From Ignavibacteriota bacterium (GTDB taxonomy: Bacteria; Bacteroidota; Ignavibacteria; UBA10030), in assembly GCA_963701295.1 (NCBI GenBank), contig OY969585.1, positions 1,664,001-1,728,000 on the forward strand: a DNA stretch of 64,000 bases. Direction: 5' to 3'. Positions within the stretch are counted from its first letter, which is position 1; the number at the start of each line of letters is the position of its first letter. This document shows positions 1-9,891 of the stretch, in pieces. The position numbers and the translations under genes are program-made. The notes under the pieces were generated by a model. It had not been told where the DNA came from and searched no databases. It saw only the letters and a list, made by a program, of their open reading frames with translations.

Positions 1-1434
1 CTAACCGGTGCGCAGATTGTTTCTGCTTTAACTTATGGTAACCTTAACCTGGATAATATTAGCGGTATAAACACAACAGGTGGAGCTGTAACGGTTAATG
101 GAACACTGAATACAACAGCGGGTGGTACATTAAATATGGGAACAAATGCATTAACCATAGCCATAGTAAACCATGCAGGTATATTGAGAACTCAAAACAC
201 TAGTGGTATACCTATTACTAGTGGAAAAACCTGGGGTGGAACAGTGACTTTTGATGCTAGTAATGTTCAAACTATTCCTGCATCAACATTTAGTAATTTG
301 ATACTTAATAACGCGAGTGGTGCATCATTGGGTGGATCAGCAACAATTAATGGCACACTCACTTTCTCTGCAGGCAATATCACACTTGGTGCCAATACCT
401 TAACACTTGGTGGTACAGTGAGTGGTGCAGGCGATGGAAAATGTATTGTAACCAGTGGTGCAGGTGTTGTCTCTCGCGCTATTTCAGCGGCAGGCAGCTT
501 TACCTTCCCCGTTGGAACAGCAGCCCGCTGCAATCCAGTTACTCTTAGCAATGTTGCAGGCGGTACATACACAGCGGCTGTTGTGGCTGGTGAATCCCCC
601 GCAACCACGAATGACGCAGCTGCTGTCGGCAGAACATGGAATCTGGCAGGAACCGGACCTGTTGATCTTACATTTATTTGGAATGAGGGCGATAAGGGTA
701 GTTCCTGCAATCCAATTCAATGCACAGTATGGAATTATAATGGATCGTGGGTAGATATGGGTGGCGGTACAAGTACCGTAACGTCCCCGGTAGATACTAC
801 AGCGATGGCAGGAATGTCACTCACTCATTCTTCATGGACAGTAGGTAATACCGGAGCATTGCCTGTACAAATGACATCCTTTACAGCAGTTCTGCAGGGA
901 ACAAGTGCATTGCTTAAATGGTCAACAGCAACAGAGACGAACAACTCGGGCTTCCAAATTGAGCGAAGCATTGAGGGATCCAGTGTTTGGGCAGAAGTTG
1001 CGTTTGTCAATGGTGCAGGCACGAACAGCTCACCGAAAACATATTCTTATGAAGATAAGAACCTTGCTCCCGGTAAGTATGTCTATCGCATTAAACAGAT
1101 AGATAATGATGGAAAGACAACAATCTACAATCCGAATGCATTACCGAAAGTGGATGCAGGAGTATCGAACACACTTCAACTGTGCGGCAATTATCCTAAT
1201 CCGTTTAACCCGACAACGAACATGCAGTTCTCAGTACCTCAGGACGGATATGCATCGTTGAAGGTGTATAACATGTTAGGTCAGGAAGTAGCGACGTTGT
1301 TTGCAGGAATGGCAAAAGCTGGTCATTATATTCCAGCGACGTTTAATGCTTCACGATTGGCATCGGGCATATACTTTGCGCGCTTGCAGTATAGCGGCAA
1401 GAGCTTAATGCAAAGAATGCTGTTGATGAAGTAA
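1..1434 (+). CDS. T9SS type A sorting-domain protein, Gly/Thr-rich beta-strand passenger, 5'-truncated by the window edge
   Basis: The frame is open from position 1 (LTGAQIVSALTYGNL...). The C-terminus has the LPVQMTSF Ig-like linker, GNYPNPFNPTT and a ...SGIYFARL...MLLMK tail. Confidence 0.85.
   Translation, partial: LTGAQIVSALTYGNLNLDNISGINTTGGAVTVNGTLNTTAGGTLNMGTNALTIAIVNHAGILRTQNTSGIPITSGKTWGGTVTFDASNVQTIPASTFSNLILNNASGASLGGSATINGTLTFSAGNITLGANTLTLGGTVSGAGDGKCIVTSGAGVVSRAISAAGSFTFPVGTAARCNPVTLSNVAGGTYTAAVVAGESPATTNDAAAVGRTWNLAGTGPVDLTFIWNEGDKGSSCNPIQCTVWNYNGSWVDMGGGTSTVTSPVDTTAMAGMSLTHSSWTVGNTGALPVQMTSFTAVLQGTSALLKWSTATETNNSGFQIERSIEGSSVWAEVAFVNGAGTNSSPKTYSYEDKNLAPGKYVYRIKQIDNDGKTTIYNPNALPKVDAGVSNTLQLCGNYPNPFNPTTNMQFSVPQDGYASLKVYNMLGQEVATLFAGMAKAGHYIPATFNASRLASGIYFARLQYSGKSLMQRMLLMK
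874..1433 (+). repeat. Copy 1 of a 560-bp T9SS C-terminal cassette (copy 2 at 3102-3661)
   Basis: By eye, 12 mismatches in the first 174 bp, then 386 bp identical (1048-1433 = 3276-3661). Confidence 0.95.
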
Positions 1435-1535
1435 TGAAATTATTTATTTGGTCAGAAATCCCGCTGTTCTTTAACGGGACTATTGATAAACAGATAATAA
1501 CGTAAAAAACAATTATTCAAATAAATAAAAAACAA

Positions 1536-1571
1536 AAATAAAGGCGGCAATCATTCTCGCCGCCTTTATTT
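1536..1571. terminator. Intrinsic terminator hairpin, possibly bidirectional
   Basis: aataaaggcggc-aatcattctc-gccgcctttatt with A/T tails on both sides. Confidence 0.75.
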
Positions 1572-1634
1572 ATATGGCTTAACGAAACAGAATGATGCAT
1601 TAGTTTCATTATAACTGTCACTCTAGGAATCTCA

Positions 1635-3662
1635 ATGAATAAATATTTCAAAGTTCACATTTCTTGTATATTGATATTTTGCTTGGTTTTTATAACTGAG
1701 TCTGTTGCTCAGACTTTTACTGGTCAAGAACTTTTAGCACGCCCAACGGATCATTCCATAACACTCAATGTTGTTTCAAGTTCTGCCCTTTATGCTTATG
1801 TAGAGTGTGGTGTATCATCAGGTATATATACCATCACAACATCAACAGTAAGCCAGGCTGCCAATGAACCGATTGTAATTGTAATAGATGGCTTAAGTGC
1901 TAATACAAAATATTATTACAGGTTAAGATATAGCACTAGCGGTTCAGGCACTTTTTTAGCAAGAGCCGAGCATACTTTCACTACGCAAAGACCAGCTGGG
2001 AGTACATTTACATTTGATGTTACTTCTGATTCACATGTTAACATAATGCTGGGCAGTGCTGCTACGTGGCAGCAAACTTTAACAAACGTTGCAAATGACA
2101 ATCCTGACTTTCTTCTTGACCTTGGCGATACATTCGCAATGGATAATGTAACCTCTGAAGTAACTGCCCGTACAAATTATCTTTTCCAGCGTACCTCTAC
2201 TACTCTGGGACTTGTGAGTCCTTCTGTTCCTATATTTATAGTTGTAGGAAACCATGAGAATCAAGAGGGCTGGCATCTTAATGATAACAGCAATCCCTTT
2301 CTCACAGAACCGGTGTGGGGTACAAATTCACAAAAAAGATACTTCCCCAATCCGGTTCCCAATGATTTTTATACTGGAGATACAGACACTTATTCTGGAC
2401 TTAACGGTGATCAGTTACATGAAGATTATTATGCCTGGACATGGGGCAATGCACTCTTTGTAGTTATAGATCCCTTTTGGTATACAACAGAAAAACCATT
2501 TATTGGGAATATCGGTGGAGGAGAACCAGGAACTGGGACCGGTGATAGATGGGATTGGACCGTAGGACAAACACAATATAACTGGTTAAAACAGACTCTC
2601 GAGAATAGTAAAGCCACCTACAAATTTCTCTTTATGCACCATATGACCGGAGGTGTAACCGTTGGAGCTAATGATGGAGATTATATACGGGGTGGAGCTT
2701 ACGCTGTACCGTATTGTGAGTGGGGAGGTTATAACGAGGACGGTACTACCTATGCTTTCAATACTAGACGTTCTGGGTGGTATGCTCCGATTGAACAGGT
2801 TCTCATGGAAAATGGTGTTACTGCTGTTTTCCATGGCCATGATCATCAGTATGCCTATGAGATACGTGACGGCATAGTCTATCAGTCACTCCCTGCAGCC
2901 GGTTTTTCCGGACCTGGATTTAGTATCTATAGTCAAACTAATCCGTTAACGTATAAAGTCTTAAACAGCCCGGGTCACCTTCGGGTTACGGTTACACCTT
3001 CACAAACAACAGTAGATTATATTAATTCCACTGCTGCTAATGGATCTAACGGATCGGTTGCTTACTCGTACACCATAAATGATCCTCTTCCTGTTGAGCT
3101 TACATCCTTTACGGCGGTTTTGCAGGGAACAAGTGCGTTGCTTAAATGGGCAACAGCAACAGAGACGAACAACTCGGGCTTCCAAATTGAGCGAAGTGTT
3201 GAGGGATCCAATGTTTGGGCAGAAGTTGCATTTGTCAACGGTGCAGGCACGAGCAGCTCACCGAAAACATATTCATATGAAGATAAGAACCTTGCTCCCG
3301 GTAAGTATGTCTATCGCATTAAACAGATAGATAATGATGGAAAGACAACAATCTACAATCCGAATGCATTACCGAAAGTGGATGCAGGAGTATCGAACAC
3401 ACTTCAACTGTGCGGCAATTATCCTAATCCGTTTAACCCGACAACGAACATGCAGTTCTCAGTACCTCAGGACGGATATGCATCGTTGAAGGTGTATAAC
3501 ATGTTAGGTCAGGAAGTAGCGACGTTGTTTGCAGGAATGGCAAAAGCTGGTCATTATATTCCAGCGACGTTTAATGCTTCACGATTGGCATCGGGCATAT
3601 ACTTTGCGCGCTTGCAGTATAGCGGCAAGAGCTTAATGCAAAGAATGCTGTTGATGAAGTAG
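1635..3662 (+). CDS. Secreted metallophosphoesterase (FN3/purple-acid-phosphatase-like N-domain plus calcineurin-like domain) with T9SS sorting domain
   Basis: Signal peptide; motifs SDSH, LGD, GNHE, MHH, GHDH; T9SS tail. Confidence 0.85.
   Translation: MNKYFKVHISCILIFCLVFITESVAQTFTGQELLARPTDHSITLNVVSSSALYAYVECGVSSGIYTITTSTVSQAANEPIVIVIDGLSANTKYYYRLRYSTSGSGTFLARAEHTFTTQRPAGSTFTFDVTSDSHVNIMLGSAATWQQTLTNVANDNPDFLLDLGDTFAMDNVTSEVTARTNYLFQRTSTTLGLVSPSVPIFIVVGNHENQEGWHLNDNSNPFLTEPVWGTNSQKRYFPNPVPNDFYTGDTDTYSGLNGDQLHEDYYAWTWGNALFVVIDPFWYTTEKPFIGNIGGGEPGTGTGDRWDWTVGQTQYNWLKQTLENSKATYKFLFMHHMTGGVTVGANDGDYIRGGAYAVPYCEWGGYNEDGTTYAFNTRRSGWYAPIEQVLMENGVTAVFHGHDHQYAYEIRDGIVYQSLPAAGFSGPGFSIYSQTNPLTYKVLNSPGHLRVTVTPSQTTVDYINSTAANGSNGSVAYSYTINDPLPVELTSFTAVLQGTSALLKWATATETNNSGFQIERSVEGSNVWAEVAFVNGAGTSSSPKTYSYEDKNLAPGKYVYRIKQIDNDGKTTIYNPNALPKVDAGVSNTLQLCGNYPNPFNPTTNMQFSVPQDGYASLKVYNMLGQEVATLFAGMAKAGHYIPATFNASRLASGIYFARLQYSGKSLMQRMLLMK
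3102..3661 (+). repeat. Copy 2 of the 560-bp T9SS C-terminal cassette
   Basis: Aligns to 874-1433 at a constant offset of 2228. Confidence 0.95.
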
Positions 3663-3687
3663 ACATCAATAATCTTTTTTAACCGGA

Positions 3688-3725
3688 TGTGCGGTCTCTG
3701 AGTAAGGGGGCTGCACATTTTTTTA
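3688..3725 (+). terminator. Intrinsic terminator
   Basis: atgtgcggtctct...gggggctgcacat stem with G-U pairs, followed by a T-run. Confidence 0.65.
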
Positions 3726-3944
3726 CTCAATACCTCAAATTCCTCAGTGTTTGTAGAATCTACAATCATCGATCAACTACCACGTATTGTAACCGCAATA
3801 ATTTGCCTTTAAAAGTCTATAAATCAGATTGTTTTCGGCTATTTTCTTCCCTCGTTAATGATTTTTCTTTTGCTTCAGCAATAATCCAAATGGCACAACG
3901 AATGACTCTCTTATGCCAGAGGAACAAAGGAAATGGAAACAGCG

Positions 3945-5672
3945 ATGAAAAGAAGAATCATATATCTCGGTTTACAACTTTTACTAATTGGTGCGTTCGT
4001 TCATACTTCAGCTCAGACTTCGACATACAAAGATGTCCTCGTGGTGATTAACTCTGCAAGCGGAATTTCAGATAGCGTGGGAAGCTATTTTGCAAACATC
4101 CATAATATTCCCGTACAAAATATTGTCCGCATTACCGCACCGACAACCGAAGAAATCGACAGTACCCAATTTGAAAATCTTCGCACGCAAATACAATCGG
4201 CTCTCATTTCCCGCAATATAAAAGACAGTATTAACTATATCGTCACCACGAAAGGTGTCCCTCTGAAAGTCCATCGGTGGACGCCAGACGCTAATTCATC
4301 CGTCGAAAGCGAATTAACGCTGATCTTCAGCCCCTACGCTTCTTATATTGGTCAGAATGGCAGAATAATTTCTCCCTACTATAATCAACGACAAAATTTT
4401 ACACGCGCAAAATATGGGATCTATCTCGTAACTCGTTTAGATGGATATTCCTATAACGACATTAAATCACTTATAGACCGTTCATCCTCTGTTCCCCGTT
4501 CTATCCCCAGCGGCGCAACATTTGTCCTTGATCAGGATCCGACGTACGCGACTTCAATACCGTATTTAAATACATATCTCTCAAATGCAGCAAATTTATT
4601 ACGCACACGAGGACAGACTTGTATTTTAGATACAACAACAGTTTACTTGACTCATCAAACAAATGTTCTTGGGTATGTCAGCTGGGGAAGCAATGATCGA
4701 AATCAGCAGAACTATACAAGTAATGGGAAGCCAATGAATACGTATCTTCCAGGTGCCATAGCTGAAACGTATGTTTCGACTTCAGCGCGTAGTTTCGTGA
4801 ATCCTCCGACGTATGGACAATCATTGGTTGCCGATTTGATTGCTGAAGGCATCACGGCTGTAAAAGGGTACGTATATGAGCCGTATTCAAATGCAATGAG
4901 CGATGCCAGTATTCTCCTTCCGATGTATGTGGATGGTTACACGGTAGCCGAATCATATTACGCCGCCTCTTACTTCCTCGGATGGATGGATGTGGTGATC
5001 GGCGATCCAAAATTCAGGATCTTACCCACACGCATGCCGGCAGACACAGCGACTTCACAAGATAATAAGAATGGGCAGTCACTTCCGGTTCAGCTTACTT
5101 CATTTACCGCTGCTGCTGCGAAGAACATTGTGCAGCTCAACTGGCATACTGCATCAGAAACGAACTGTTATGGATTTGAAGTTGAAAGGAAAATGATAAG
5201 CGATCAACAATCAGCAGTCGGCAATGAGCAATGGGTAAAAGTTGGCTTTGTCAATGGCGCCGGCACGAGCAGCTCAGTGCACGATTACCGTTTCTCCGAT
5301 CAAATTCTATCAAGCGGACGTTACGCTTACCGCATAAAGCAAATAGATAACGATGGTTCATTTACATATTATGGCAATGCTGAAGTTGCCGTTGATATGG
5401 CTTCGAAGGAATTCTCGTTGAAGGGCAACTATCCGAACCCATTCAATCCATCAACCACCATCGAGTTCACAGTACCTGAAAATGGCTATGCCACATTGAA
5501 GGTATACAACGTGATCGGACAGCAAGTAGCAACGTTGTTTGATGGGATAGCAAAAGCAGAACAGTATAACAAGGTGACATTTAATGCGTCGCAATTGTCA
5601 AGCGGTATTTATTTTAGCACATTGGAATTCAATAATCAGCGGCTCGTCAAAAAGATGTTGCTGACAAAGTAA
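3945..5672 (+). CDS. TIGR03790-family protein with T9SS sorting domain (start 3933 or 3945)
   Basis: DVLVVINS..S..V..YF...HNIP; YLVTRLDG; GAIAETYVSTSARSF; DLIAEGITAVKGYVYEPY; IGDP; T9SS tail. Confidence 0.8.
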   Translation: MKRRIIYLGLQLLLIGAFVHTSAQTSTYKDVLVVINSASGISDSVGSYFANIHNIPVQNIVRITAPTTEEIDSTQFENLRTQIQSALISRNIKDSINYIVTTKGVPLKVHRWTPDANSSVESELTLIFSPYASYIGQNGRIISPYYNQRQNFTRAKYGIYLVTRLDGYSYNDIKSLIDRSSSVPRSIPSGATFVLDQDPTYATSIPYLNTYLSNAANLLRTRGQTCILDTTTVYLTHQTNVLGYVSWGSNDRNQQNYTSNGKPMNTYLPGAIAETYVSTSARSFVNPPTYGQSLVADLIAEGITAVKGYVYEPYSNAMSDASILLPMYVDGYTVAESYYAASYFLGWMDVVIGDPKFRILPTRMPADTATSQDNKNGQSLPVQLTSFTAAAAKNIVQLNWHTASETNCYGFEVERKMISDQQSAVGNEQWVKVGFVNGAGTSSSVHDYRFSDQILSSGRYAYRIKQIDNDGSFTYYGNAEVAVDMASKEFSLKGNYPNPFNPSTTIEFTVPENGYATLKVYNVIGQQVATLFDGIAKAEQYNKVTFNASQLSSGIYFSTLEFNNQRLVKKMLLTK

Positions 5673-5715
5673 TTCCGTTGTGTGGCATGCTCTCTGTCTC
5701 CTTTCAAATGTTGGA

Positions 5716-5784
5716 TTCCAAAAAGAATTAATCCCTTTTTCATCCTTTTGGGCGATTCCCGTTTATATAAATCATGAGTATTCT
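5716..5784 (+). promoter_or_regulatory. Conserved upstream box, copy 1, with -10 element TATTCT at 5779
   Basis: aaaagaattaatccctttttcatccttttgggcgatt; four copies in the window, each 23 nt before TAnnnT. Confidence 0.75.
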
Positions 5785-5896
5785 TGTCTACGGTTACAGA
5801 GAAAAGAGAGAGAATTATTCTATATCTCGAAGGTAGATGAAATAGTTGTACACATGTATGGAAATTGAATTGTTTGGAGTTTAAGGAGAATACATC

Positions 5897-6208
5897 ATGA
5901 ACTGGGATCGTCTGGAGGGACAGTGGAAGCAGCGAAGAGGGAAAGCTGTGTATCATTGGGGTAAAACGATGAACGACGAATTATCAGCGGTCTTGGGTAA
6001 GTATGAAGAGCTCGTTGGAAAACTTCAAGAGAAATACGGAATTGCCAAAGATGAAGCCAGACACCGTGTGGATGATTATAAAATTATCGTTGAACAGCTT
6101 AAGCAGGCCAATGGCAAATTAGTAAAGCTACATAAAGCATCGAACAATAAAAAGAAATCGGACAAACGGCAGATGAAATTAAAGGTATCGTCAAGGAAAA
6201 GAAAATGA
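5897..6208 (+). CDS. csbD: CsbD-family stress protein with basic C-terminal extension
   Basis: MNWDRLEGQWKQ.RGK....WGK...D.L....GK.E.LVGKLQEKYG; strong RBS AAGGAG. Confidence 0.85.
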   Translation: MNWDRLEGQWKQRRGKAVYHWGKTMNDELSAVLGKYEELVGKLQEKYGIAKDEARHRVDDYKIIVEQLKQANGKLVKLHKASNNKKKSDKRQMKLKVSSRKRK

Positions 6209-6277
6209 CTCATAGGGAACGGCTGTTCTATTCATCGATCACTATGCATCAAGCAGCAACACAAGGATAATGCATCT

Positions 6278-6397
6278 ATGAAAAAACAAAACATAGTTTC
6301 ATGGTTAGTAGACCGGAACTCATATCCTGGAGTTTTTTTGGTTCTCCTTTTCGTAGTCTTGTCAATTATGTTATTCTTCGACGGACTTTTTCGTTGA
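6278..6397 (+). CDS. Putative 39-aa single-pass membrane protein (below the track cutoff)
   Basis: MKKQNIVSWLVDRNSYPGVFLVLLFVVLSIMLFFDGLFR; AAGGA upstream. Confidence 0.45.
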   Translation: MKKQNIVSWLVDRNSYPGVFLVLLFVVLSIMLFFDGLFR

Positions 6398-6655
6398 CGA
6401 CGATTCCGGTAATTGTCGTCAATGCTTTAGGATAAATCTATCAGATCGCAAAGCGGGAAAACCGGAAGAAGAATTTAACGGCTTCAGATTTTGTATTACC
6501 GAGGCAGCAGAACGTATCCCCCGGAAAGGCTATCGTACACTATATTCTATCCAAGCTCAAGAGTTTGTGAAGATGCGGTAATTTAAGGGCTTGGGTTGTG
6601 TCAAGAGATAATGATAAATCAAGGAATGAATGGAATCGATAAAGAAAGACTTGTT

Positions 6656-8944
6656 ATGGAAAATGGTTCAATAATTAACCGAATTGCATTTATCGGCAAT
6701 TACTTGCCGCGCCATTGCGGCATTGCTACGTTTACAACAGATTTATGTGAAGCTGTCGCATCGGCGTATAGTGAAACAACATGTATTGCTTTACCGGTCA
6801 ATGATATCGAAGCCGGTTACCCTTATCCGGCCCGGGTTCGCTTTGAACTGATGGAGAAAGACATCCATTCGTACACGCGAGCAGCCGACTTTCTCAATAT
6901 CAATAATGTCGATATGGTCTGTCTGCAATTCGAGTATGGAATCTTCGGTGGAAAATCGGGCAGCCACATCCTCACACTCTTGCGTGATCTGCGAATGCCG
7001 ATTGTCACAACGCTGCACACCATACTTGACTTCCCAACCCCTGATCAGCGATTGGTGTTGGAAGAAGTTTCCGCTCTTTCTGATAGGTTGGTTGTCATGA
7101 GTGAACGCGGCTCTAAATATCTGCAAAAAATCTATCATGTATTGCCGGAAAAGATTGATCTGATTCCGCATGGGATTCCTGATGTGCCGTTCGTTGATCC
7201 AAGTTTCAATAAAGATCTATTTGGCGTGGAAGGTAAAATCGTTTTACTGAGTTTTGGTTTACTCTCAGAGAATAAAGGAATCGAGACCGTTATATCTGCC
7301 CTGCCCGACATTGTTGTGCGCTATCCCGACATTGTCTATATTGTTGTTGGTGCGACACATCCTCATGTTATTCAGCATGAAGGTGAAACGTACCGGCTCT
7401 CTCTTCAGTGGTTGGCCCAACAGAAGGGCGTAGAAAGTCATGTAATCTTTTACAACCGCTTTGTCAGTCTGGAAGAACTTATTGAGTTTATCGGAGCCGC
7501 TGATATCTATATTACACCCTATTTAAACGAGGCACAGATTGTATCCGGAACCCTTGCGTACACATTAGGAGCGGGTAAGGCGATCATCTCTACACCATAT
7601 TGGTACGCACAGGAGATGCTTGCCGATAAACGAGGTGTGTTTGTCCCCTTCCGTGATCCCGCAGTCTTGGCTGAGCAAGTGATAAACTTGTTGGGCAATG
7701 AAGCAGAGCGGCACGCAATGCGAAAGCGTGCGTATATGTTTGGACGATCGATGATTTGGTCCGAAGTGGCGAAACGCTACATGGAAAGCTTTGAACGCGC
7801 TCGAGCAGAACGCCGCCATTATATCCCGCCAGGGTTTATTGCAAAAGCACTCGATAAATATCCGAGTGAATTACCTCCGCTCAAAATAGATCACTTTCGA
7901 GCTATGACAGATGAAACAGGAATTTTGCAGCATGCTCTTTTTGCAGTGCCCAATTATTCTCATGGATATACAACTGATGACAATGCACGTGCCCTTTTGG
8001 TGAGCATTCTCTTATATGAACTAGGGAACAGCGAGAGTGTAGGATTAGCTTCCCGCTATCTCGCTTTCCTCGGATTTGCATTTAATACTCAGAATAAACG
8101 TTTTCGAAATATCATGGATTATCAGCGTAAGTGGTCAGAAGACATAGGTTCGGACGATAGCCACGGTCGAGCACTTTGGGCACTAGGAACCGTCTTGAGC
8201 CATTCTACGACACCGTCATTCAATAGTATGGCAGGCTGGTTATTCGAGCAAGCCCTTCCTTCCATCCTTGTAACGACCAGCCCGCGTGCCTGGGCATTTG
8301 CACTCATCGGCATTTCCGAGTATTCACAAAAATATTCTGGCGATCGGATGGCTCTTCAGGTCACCGAAGAATTGGCAGGCCGGCTTTTGAAATTGTATAA
8401 AAGTAATCGTTTGGAAGAATGGCGCTGGTTCGAGAGAAAACTTACGTATTGCAATGCGGCTCTGTCTCATGCTCTTCTCGTCTGCGGCAGATCCATTCCA
8501 AACAATGCAATGACCGATGCCGGTTTGGAATCGTTGCATTGGCTGGCTGGTCTACAGTGTGCAGGGGAGGGACATTTTGTTCCGATAGGTTCGAACGGGT
8601 TTTATCAGTATGGAAGCGAACGTGCTCGTTTCGATCAGCAGCCGATTGAAGCACAAGCAATGGTTTCGGCTTGTCTTGAAGCATACAGAATTACTGGAGA
8701 CAAACATTGGAACAAAGAAGCCCGGCGGTCATTCGAATGGTTCCTTGGACATAACGATTTAAAACTTCCGTTGTATGATGCAACCACCGGCGGCTGCCGT
8801 GACGGTTTACATCCAGACCGGCCGAATGAAAATCAAGGCGCAGAATCAACGCTCGCATTTCTTCAGTCCTTATTGGAATTGCGAATAGCCGAACAAACAC
8901 ATTTATCTATGGAGGCATTATTAAAACGAACAATCAGCACTTAG
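6656..8944 (+). CDS. GT4-family glycosyltransferase fused to a C-terminal (alpha/alpha)6-barrel-like domain
   Basis: IAFIGNYLPRHCGIATFT; FGLLSENKGIE; YITPY..E.QIVSGTLAY; C-domain YTTDDNARAL, FDQQPIEA, NQGAESTL. Confidence 0.85.
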   Translation: MENGSIINRIAFIGNYLPRHCGIATFTTDLCEAVASAYSETTCIALPVNDIEAGYPYPARVRFELMEKDIHSYTRAADFLNINNVDMVCLQFEYGIFGGKSGSHILTLLRDLRMPIVTTLHTILDFPTPDQRLVLEEVSALSDRLVVMSERGSKYLQKIYHVLPEKIDLIPHGIPDVPFVDPSFNKDLFGVEGKIVLLSFGLLSENKGIETVISALPDIVVRYPDIVYIVVGATHPHVIQHEGETYRLSLQWLAQQKGVESHVIFYNRFVSLEELIEFIGAADIYITPYLNEAQIVSGTLAYTLGAGKAIISTPYWYAQEMLADKRGVFVPFRDPAVLAEQVINLLGNEAERHAMRKRAYMFGRSMIWSEVAKRYMESFERARAERRHYIPPGFIAKALDKYPSELPPLKIDHFRAMTDETGILQHALFAVPNYSHGYTTDDNARALLVSILLYELGNSESVGLASRYLAFLGFAFNTQNKRFRNIMDYQRKWSEDIGSDDSHGRALWALGTVLSHSTTPSFNSMAGWLFEQALPSILVTTSPRAWAFALIGISEYSQKYSGDRMALQVTEELAGRLLKLYKSNRLEEWRWFERKLTYCNAALSHALLVCGRSIPNNAMTDAGLESLHWLAGLQCAGEGHFVPIGSNGFYQYGSERARFDQQPIEAQAMVSACLEAYRITGDKHWNKEARRSFEWFLGHNDLKLPLYDATTGGCRDGLHPDRPNENQGAESTLAFLQSLLELRIAEQTHLSMEALLKRTIST

Positions 8945-9870
8945 AACTTTTTCATCGTCATAACCTGAATCCTATTCTTACAGCTGCTCATTGGCCATAT
9001 CCCATTAATAGTGTGTTTAATCCAGGCGCGACTTTGTTGCCGGATGGAACTACCCTCCTTTTGTGCCGTGCGGAGGATCGGCGCGGGCATTCACATCTCT
9101 GTGCTGCTCGCTCTGCCAACGGCGTGGATAACTGGCAAATTGATTCTCATCCAACTTTCATGGCGGATCCCGATCACTTCCCTGAAGAACTCTGGGGTAT
9201 TGAAGACCCGCGAATTACATTTGTGCCGGAATTAAAAAAATATGCTATTGTCTATACCGCCTACACGCATGATGGTCCTGGTGTAGCCTTGGCGCTCACA
9301 GAAAACTTTGATACCTTCGAGCGATGCGGGTTAATCATGCAGCCAGAGGATAAAGATGCGGCTCTATTACCACGTCGCATTAACGGCCGTTGGGCTTTAA
9401 TCCATCGCCCGGTGAGTGCTCAGGGTGCTAACATGTGGATATCGTATTCGCCTGACCTTCGATATTGGGGCGGTCACAAGCTAATGCTTATAGCTCGGAA
9501 GGGCGGGTGGTGGGATGCAAATAAAATAGGACTTTCATCCCCGCCAATCGAAACACCGCAAGGCTGGCTAACGATTTACCATGGTGTGCGGCAGACAGCG
9601 TCCGGTTGCATTTACCGCTTAGGACTTGCGCTGTTTGATTTGGATACGCCTGAACACTGCCTTAAGCGCAGCACTGAGTGGATGTTCGGCCCGGAGCAAG
9701 CCTACGAGCGACGCGGTGACGTGGATGATGTTGTCTTTCCGTGTGGATACACTATCGCCCCTGACGGCGACACGATCCGGATGTATTATGGTGCGGCTGA
9801 TTCGAGCATTGCATTAGCCACGGGCAGTATCCACGCTATGTTAGAATGGCTTGAACAGCACAGCAAATAA
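8926..9870 (+). CDS. GH130-family glycosidase/phosphorylase; the expected start position reads ACG (8926), first canonical start is GTG 9013
   Basis: NPIL...WPY..NSVFNPGA; GIEDPRI; DKDAALLP; LIHRP; YHGV; VVFPCG; YYGAADS. Confidence 0.85.
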   Translation, partial: TNNQHLELFHRHNLNPILTAAHWPYPINSVFNPGATLLPDGTTLLLCRAEDRRGHSHLCAARSANGVDNWQIDSHPTFMADPDHFPEELWGIEDPRITFVPELKKYAIVYTAYTHDGPGVALALTENFDTFERCGLIMQPEDKDAALLPRRINGRWALIHRPVSAQGANMWISYSPDLRYWGGHKLMLIARKGGWWDANKIGLSSPPIETPQGWLTIYHGVRQTASGCIYRLGLALFDLDTPEHCLKRSTEWMFGPEQAYERRGDVDDVVFPCGYTIAPDGDTIRMYYGAADSSIALATGSIHAMLEWLEQHSK

Positions 9871-9891
9871 AACTTAAATAAGGAGAAAATC

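Noticed and set aside
874-3661. Diversity-generating retroelement TR/VR pair
   Set aside because: The 12 differences are mixed and mostly transitions, not adenine-specific. Both copies are coding and no reverse transcriptase is present.
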